Source: a bacterium (lineage in GTDB: Bacteria > Patescibacteriota > Microgenomatia > Curtissbacterales > GWA2-41-24). Taken from it: a stretch of DNA of 64,000 nt. The notes beneath the pieces are model-generated. The model searched no databases and had not been told where the DNA came from. It saw only the letters and a list, made by a program, of their open reading frames with translations. Shown here piece by piece: positions 58,338-64,000 of this stretch. A program made the position numbers and the translations under genes. Numbering within the stretch: the first letter of the stretch is position 1; every line of letters starts with the position of its first letter. The stretch covers positions 173,936 to 237,935 of the forward strand of contig JAKAJD010000002.1 of assembly GCA_021813945.1 (NCBI GenBank), written 5' to 3'.

Positions 58338-59605
58338 CAACATGGACAAAGCAAACATTAGGAAATTGCGTGAATCTGCTTTCCGGATTTCCTTTTAAAA
58401 GCCATTATTTTTCAAACGAACCCGACGATATTTGTTTAGTGAAAGGAGAGAATATTGGACAAGGAGAAATTTTGTGGAATATTTCAAAAAAATGGCCAAT
58501 CATTGAATGGACCAAATATGAAAAATTTCAACTAGAACCCGATGATGTTATTGTAGCTATGGACAGGCCATGGGTCCCGAGTGGATTGAAATGGGCAAAT
58601 GTTAAGAAGGGTGATCCAAAAGCTCTTCTAGTACAACGATGTGCAAGACTCAGATCAAAAAAAGATATACTTGATCAAATTTTTCTTAAGTACCTAATTG
58701 GGGGACCAGAATTTGTGAACTACATTAAACCAATAACTACTGGTGTAAATGTTCCTCATATTAGCGGCAGACAAATTCTAGACTTTAAACTTAATCTCCC
58801 ACCAATAGCTGTTCAAAGACGAATTTCAAATATCCTGTCTAGCTATGATAATCAAATCAATAACAACGAAAGGCGGATAAAGATTTTGGAGGAAATGGCA
58901 CAGAGACTTTATACCGAATGGTTTGTAAATTTCCGCTTCCCTGGCCACGAAAAAGTAAAAATGGTCGATTCTCCCCTCGGCAAAATTCCCGCGAGTTGGA
59001 GCATAAATAAGATTGAAGAAAAATTTAACGTTGTTTTAGGTGGGACACCCTCAAGAAAACGAACAAGTTATTGGGAAAATGGGACTATTCCATGGATTAA
59101 TTCTGGAAAAGTTAATGAGATCCGAATATTAGAGGAAAGCGAGTTAATAACTGAAGAGGCACTTAGAAAATCTGCAGCAAAAATAATGCCAAAAAGAACA
59201 ACCTTAATTGCAATTACTGGAGCAACGTTGGGTCAAGTGAGTTTAACTGAAATTGAATGTTGTGCTAATCAATCAGTAGTTGGAGTCTTTGACGAAACTG
59301 AAAAATTTAGTGAATACATTTTTTTGAAAATCAAGGATAAAATAAGACACATAATTGCTTTGCAGGGAGGTGGGGCACAACCTCATATAAATAAAGATAT
59401 AGTAAGTTCAATAAAAATTGTTATTCCTCACGAAGATATTATTAACGTTTTTTCGAGCAAGGTAAAACCAATATTTGACGGAATTTCTGTTTTGTTATTT
59501 CAGAATAAAAATTTAAAAGAAACCCGAGATTTACTTATTCCTCAACTTGTGACAGGAAGGAGAGAGTTAAAAAATGATCAAAGAAGCCAAGCTGCTAAAA
59601 AATAA
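58334..59605 (+). CDS. hsdS: Type I R-M specificity subunit
   Basis: Two TRDs; LPPIAVQRRI...LEEMAQRLYTEWF; RDLLIPQLVTG. Confidence 0.93.
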   Translation: MTTWTKQTLGNCVNLLSGFPFKSHYFSNEPDDICLVKGENIGQGEILWNISKKWPIIEWTKYEKFQLEPDDVIVAMDRPWVPSGLKWANVKKGDPKALLVQRCARLRSKKDILDQIFLKYLIGGPEFVNYIKPITTGVNVPHISGRQILDFKLNLPPIAVQRRISNILSSYDNQINNNERRIKILEEMAQRLYTEWFVNFRFPGHEKVKMVDSPLGKIPASWSINKIEEKFNVVLGGTPSRKRTSYWENGTIPWINSGKVNEIRILEESELITEEALRKSAAKIMPKRTTLIAITGATLGQVSLTEIECCANQSVVGVFDETEKFSEYIFLKIKDKIRHIIALQGGGAQPHINKDIVSSIKIVIPHEDIINVFSSKVKPIFDGISVLLFQNKNLKETRDLLIPQLVTGRRELKNDQRSQAAKK

Positions 59606-60647
59606 ATCTATAAATTCTCTTATTTTGAGCATTGAACACTTTAATAGTGCTTTTGACGTTGGTCGTATTGAAACAACCTTAATGCTTATAGATCACTCTT
59701 TTGAAATGTTACTTAAAGCTGCAATTTTACATAGAGGCGGTTCAATTAGAGATAAAGGTGCAAGTCAAACAATTGGATTTGATGCTTGTTTAAGGCGTGG
59801 ACTAAGTGATAGTAGGTTAAAGTTTTTGGATGAGGAAGACGTCATTGCAATTCAGACTATAAACACTCTTCGGGATGCTGCCCAACACCATCTACTCGAT
59901 ATTTCAGAACAACATCTGTACATTCAGTTACAGTTAGGTTTATCTCTTTTTAAAAAATTAAACAAAACCGTATTTGATGAAGAATTATATTCAGTTTTGC
60001 CAAAGAGAGTTTTACCGATATCTACTCAACCGGCAATAAATATAGATCAGCTATATAAAAATGAGATAAAAGAAATAAAAACTCTTTTGCAACCAGGGAA
60101 AAGAAGAACCACTGAAGCAGTGGCTAAATTAAGATCGCTAGCGATTATGGAAGGGGCTATTCAAGGCGACAAGATGCAACCAGCTAATTCACTACTTAAT
60201 AAACTCGCTAAGTCTATAAAGGAAGGTAATAGTTGGGAGAATGTTTTTCCCGGAGTCGCTTCAATAAAATTAACTGCCGAAGGAAGTGGCCCATCAATCG
60301 ATTTAAAATTTACCAAAAATGAAGGAATCCCAATTAATGTAGTTCCAGAAGGTACCCCTGGTGCAGCAGTTGTTGGTATTAGAAAGATAAATATTCTAGA
60401 TTTTTACAATCTCTCATCTACACAGTTAGCTAAAAAGTTAGGCATTACAGAACCGAAGCTTAGAGCCTTAGTTAAACTAAATAAAATTCAAGAAAACGAG
60501 GACTACTATAAGGAAATAAAAATAGGCAAAACTACCTTCAAAAGATACTCACAGAAAGCTTATGAAAATATTTTAGAAATTATGAATGAGAAAGATTTTT
60601 CACTTATCAGAACCTGGAAAGAAGCTCGAAGTAAAGGTTTAGTATGA
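59574..60647 (+). CDS. DUF3644-like HEPN-related protein
   Basis: KSINSLILSIEHFN...HSFEMLLKA; RDAAQH (RxxxxH); C-terminal HTH-like domain. Confidence 0.72.
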   Translation: MIKEAKLLKNKSINSLILSIEHFNSAFDVGRIETTLMLIDHSFEMLLKAAILHRGGSIRDKGASQTIGFDACLRRGLSDSRLKFLDEEDVIAIQTINTLRDAAQHHLLDISEQHLYIQLQLGLSLFKKLNKTVFDEELYSVLPKRVLPISTQPAINIDQLYKNEIKEIKTLLQPGKRRTTEAVAKLRSLAIMEGAIQGDKMQPANSLLNKLAKSIKEGNSWENVFPGVASIKLTAEGSGPSIDLKFTKNEGIPINVVPEGTPGAAVVGIRKINILDFYNLSSTQLAKKLGITEPKLRALVKLNKIQENEDYYKEIKIGKTTFKRYSQKAYENILEIMNEKDFSLIRTWKEARSKGLV

Positions 60648-63600
60648 ATCAGTTTAGTGAAGACAATTTAGTTGAACAGACTGTTATAAAACTCATCAAG
60701 GAAACTTGGGTTGATGAAAACTGTCACATAAACGCTTTTACCGATGTTGAAGACGCGAAGCTTGGACGAGATAATCAAGGTGAAGTAGTTCTAAAAAAAT
60801 ATTTACTTCTAGCTCTTACCAAAATAAATTCATCTCTACAAAAAGAAGCCATAGACCAAGCAGTTGCCGAACTCACCCGCGACAGGTCGAACATGCAACT
60901 GGTCAAAGCAAACGAAGAAATATACAAACTTTTAAAAGATGGGTTCAGTATAAATATCAAAAAAGAAGATGGAGGAAGCGAACCTGAAAAAGTAAACTTT
61001 TTTGATTTTGAAAACCCAGAAAATAACAATTTTCTCTGTATTTCTCAACTTTGGGTAGTTGGAGAAATGTATACTCGAAGACCAGACTTGGTTTTGTTTG
61101 TCAACGGAATTCCTCTGGTTTTAATGGAACTAAAAGCTTCTCACAAAAGCTTAGTTGATGCTTACCGCGATAATATTCGCGATTATAAAGACACTATCCC
61201 ACACTTATTCTGGTACAACATGGGAATTGTCATTTCCAATGGGATTGAAAATAAATTCGGATCCTTAACTTCGCCATTTGAATATTTTAATGAATGGAAA
61301 AAAATTGAAAGCGAAGATGACGATCCGAAAAAAGATTTGGCAACTTTGATAAAAGGAATTTTTGAGAAAAAGAGATTTTTGGATATTTTCGAAAATTTTA
61401 TTCTCTTTGACAGCTCTCGCGGCGAAACAAAAAAGATCGTTCCCAGATACTTTCAATATTACGGGGTAAATCGCGCTTTCGAAAGAGTAATAAAGCGAAA
61501 AGAACTGGATGGAAAACTTGGGGTTTTTTGGCACACTCAAGGAAGTGGAAAATCTTTTGCCATGGTCTACCTTTCCCAAAAAGTTTTTAGAAAAATCACA
61601 GGTAACTTTACATTTATTATTGTTACCGATCGCGAACAGCTAGACGGACAAGCTTACGATAATTTCGCCAATGTTGGTGCAGTTTACGAGGGAGATGAGG
61701 TTCATGCAGATTCAATACTTAATTTAAAACAGCTTCTAAACCAGGATCACCGGCAAATATTTACTACAGTACAAAAATTTCAAGATGTTTTAGGTACCAT
61801 ATCGGATAGAGACGACATTATTGTCATGACCGATGAAGCACATCGAAGCCAGTACGACACTTTTGCTCAAAATATGCGAAAGGCCCTACCAAACGCAGCA
61901 TTTATTGGCTTTACTGGAACGCCGCTCATGAAACAAGGAGAAGAGAAAACCAGAGAAACTTTTGGTGAATATGTTTCCGTCTACAACTTCGGCCAATCGG
62001 TCAAAGATGGTTCAACCGTTCCACTCTATTATGAAAATCGCGTCGCGAAACTGGAAAATGTAAACCCACAACTAGAAGACGAACTTGGAAAGTTAATGGA
62101 TTATTACGAATTAAATGATGAGGAAGAAGAAAAAGTTGAACGTGAATTTTCTACTTTTTACCAGTTAATAACTCGAGAAGACAGGCTGAATGCTATAGCG
62201 CGCGATATTGTACAACATTTTGTCGGACGCGGTTATCAAGGAAAGGCGATGGTAGTTTCTATTGATAAAAAAACTGCCGTCAGAATGTATGACAAAGTAA
62301 AAAAAGAATGGGAAAGGCATTTAGCTAAACTGCGACTTGATCTTTCGCGGGAAGAAAATGAATTTGAACAAGGAAAAATCCAAGAAAATATTGAAAAACT
62401 GGAAAAAGTAGATATGGCAGTTGTGGTTAGTCAATCGCAAAACGAAATTGCCGACCTTGAACCTTTTGAAATAGACATGCGACCACTACGCGCTCGAATT
62501 CAAAAGGAAGATCTAGAAGAAGAATTTAAAAAAGATGGTAGCAATTTAAAAATCGTTTTTGTGTGTGCCATGTGGCTAACTGGTTTTGATGTCCCAACTC
62601 TTTCAACGCTTTACCTTGATAAACCTTTAAAAAATCACACTTTGATGCAAGCTATTGCACGAGCCAACCGAATAGCAGCTGGAAAAACAAACGGAATGAT
62701 TGTGGACTACATTGGGGTTTTCAAAAACGTTGAAAAGGCGTTAGCCTTGTACGCCGCAACTAAAAGTGGAGATGATGAAATAATTAAAAACAAAGACGAA
62801 CTTTTGGGAGATTTACAAAAGGTTCTAAAAGAAACTAAAGAAATGTTAAAAGGACTGGAAATCGATATTGAAGTTTTGCTTAAAAGTCCAAACGAACAGA
62901 AAATTTTGCTTATAGAAAAGTACGCTAACAAGATTTTGGGGGATCAAGAAAAGAAAAAGGAGTTTTTAAATTTATCTACTGATATTTATTCGGCATATAT
63001 GTCACTTTTGCCCGATCCTTCAGCCGAAAATTATAAAGAAATAGTAACTGCTATAAAAGTAATTACCGCAAGAATACGAGACGTTGGGGCGCAGAGTATT
63101 GATACCTCACCCGTAAAAAAGGATTTAGAGCTTTTACTTGATAAATCGATAAGAGCTGGAGAATACGTTGTTCCTCATTACAAAAGATTAAAAGATTTAA
63201 GTTCATTGGATTTTGACGCCTTACATGACTTTTTCTACAAACTCGAAAACAAAAATCTTCAGGTGGAAACACTAAAAGATGATTTACAGAAAAAGATTGA
63301 AGAGATGATGAAGAAAAATAAAATACGCGCTAAGTTTATGGATAGACTTTTAGCGATGTTAAATATGTACAACTCTGGAGCGCACGATATCGATCAATTG
63401 TTTGATGATCTGGTAAAACTTGCCCAAGAACTTTCCAAAGAAGAGCAAAGATCAGTCAAGGAAAATCTTTCTGAAGAAGAGCTAGCAATATTTGATTTAC
63501 TACTGAAAGAAAATTTGAATCCAGGCGAGCGGGAAAAAGTAAAGAAGACTGCAAAAGATCTTTTGGCAAAACTTAAACAAGAAAAACTTGTCTTAGATTG

Positions 63601-63772
63601 GCGAGAGAAAGAACAAACCCGAGCCGGGGTAAAAACAACTATTTCTGATATTCTATACAACTCACTCCCTGAACCTACTTACTCAGAAAAAGATTGCGAA
63701 ATTAAAGGACTAGAAACTTACAATTTTGTTTATGAGCACTATATAGATGCTAAAACCTTAGCTTACAGCTAA
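60644..63772 (+). CDS. hsdR: Type I R-M restriction subunit
   Basis: PD...ELK nuclease motif, HTQGSGKS, DEAHRSQ, FTGTP, TGFD, QAIARANR. Confidence 0.97.
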   Translation: MNQFSEDNLVEQTVIKLIKETWVDENCHINAFTDVEDAKLGRDNQGEVVLKKYLLLALTKINSSLQKEAIDQAVAELTRDRSNMQLVKANEEIYKLLKDGFSINIKKEDGGSEPEKVNFFDFENPENNNFLCISQLWVVGEMYTRRPDLVLFVNGIPLVLMELKASHKSLVDAYRDNIRDYKDTIPHLFWYNMGIVISNGIENKFGSLTSPFEYFNEWKKIESEDDDPKKDLATLIKGIFEKKRFLDIFENFILFDSSRGETKKIVPRYFQYYGVNRAFERVIKRKELDGKLGVFWHTQGSGKSFAMVYLSQKVFRKITGNFTFIIVTDREQLDGQAYDNFANVGAVYEGDEVHADSILNLKQLLNQDHRQIFTTVQKFQDVLGTISDRDDIIVMTDEAHRSQYDTFAQNMRKALPNAAFIGFTGTPLMKQGEEKTRETFGEYVSVYNFGQSVKDGSTVPLYYENRVAKLENVNPQLEDELGKLMDYYELNDEEEEKVEREFSTFYQLITREDRLNAIARDIVQHFVGRGYQGKAMVVSIDKKTAVRMYDKVKKEWERHLAKLRLDLSREENEFEQGKIQENIEKLEKVDMAVVVSQSQNEIADLEPFEIDMRPLRARIQKEDLEEEFKKDGSNLKIVFVCAMWLTGFDVPTLSTLYLDKPLKNHTLMQAIARANRIAAGKTNGMIVDYIGVFKNVEKALALYAATKSGDDEIIKNKDELLGDLQKVLKETKEMLKGLEIDIEVLLKSPNEQKILLIEKYANKILGDQEKKKEFLNLSTDIYSAYMSLLPDPSAENYKEIVTAIKVITARIRDVGAQSIDTSPVKKDLELLLDKSIRAGEYVVPHYKRLKDLSSLDFDALHDFFYKLENKNLQVETLKDDLQKKIEEMMKKNKIRAKFMDRLLAMLNMYNSGAHDIDQLFDDLVKLAQELSKEEQRSVKENLSEEELAIFDLLLKENLNPGEREKVKKTAKDLLAKLKQEKLVLDWREKEQTRAGVKTTISDILYNSLPEPTYSEKDCEIKGLETYNFVYEHYIDAKTLAYS

Positions 63773-63874
63773 ATTGACACATTTCACTTCACTTCATTCA
63801 GTGTAAACCCCGATTTTATTTTTTGTACTTAAACTAAATTGACATTTAGGCAGCAAGATTATAAATTTTGTTTA

Positions 63875-64000
63875 ATGCAAGTTGACAGTCTTTTCGATAA
63901 ATATTTTTATATTTTTATTCTCCTTTGTATACCACTTTCCTATGGCCAAAAGTGGCTGGAGAACAAACCTGCTTACTATTCTATATTCCCCGCAATAATC
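63875..64000 (+). CDS. Partial hydrophobic ORF (3' truncated by window edge)
   Basis: TTGACA-17-TAAATT promoter; MQVDSLFDKYFYIFILLCIPL... open to the edge. Confidence 0.5.
   Translation, partial: MQVDSLFDKYFYIFILLCIPLSYGQKWLENKPAYYSIFPAII

Noticed and set aside
1-64000. Alternative genetic code (UGA reassignment)
   Set aside because: Conserved genes (rpoA, rplQ, purD, purC, hsdM) end in TGA at expected lengths and are not fragmented

Overview
AT-rich bacterial chromosomal segment using genetic code 11. Gene content suggests a Patescibacteria (CPR) genome, probably Microgenomates-like; this is an inference, not a database result. In order the window holds: the end of the spc/alpha ribosomal operon (secY to rpsI); tRNA-Pro(GGG); recA-recX-rny-HU; miaB and miaA flanking GT-C membrane glycosyltransferases; an RNase P RNA gene; a 17-kb purine biosynthesis cluster (purN, D, L, Q, M, P x2, A, B, E, C, guaA, with no purF, purK, purH/purO or guaB in the window); rdgB, comM and secD/secF; and a roughly 11-kb accessory/defence region. 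That region contains a SAM-I riboswitch controlling an orphan 100-aa gene, hicBA, a DUF3800 gene followed by a structured RNA-like element, a repeat-flanked methyltransferase, and a type I R-M operon carrying a HEPN-like (DUF3644) gene. The most notable signals are the SAM riboswitch plus orphan next to SAM-dependent defence genes, the DUF3800 gene plus RNA module, the purine pathway with archaeal-type PurP genes and missing steps, and a 6S-like RNA upstream of rny. All calls come from reading motifs by eye; no searches were run.
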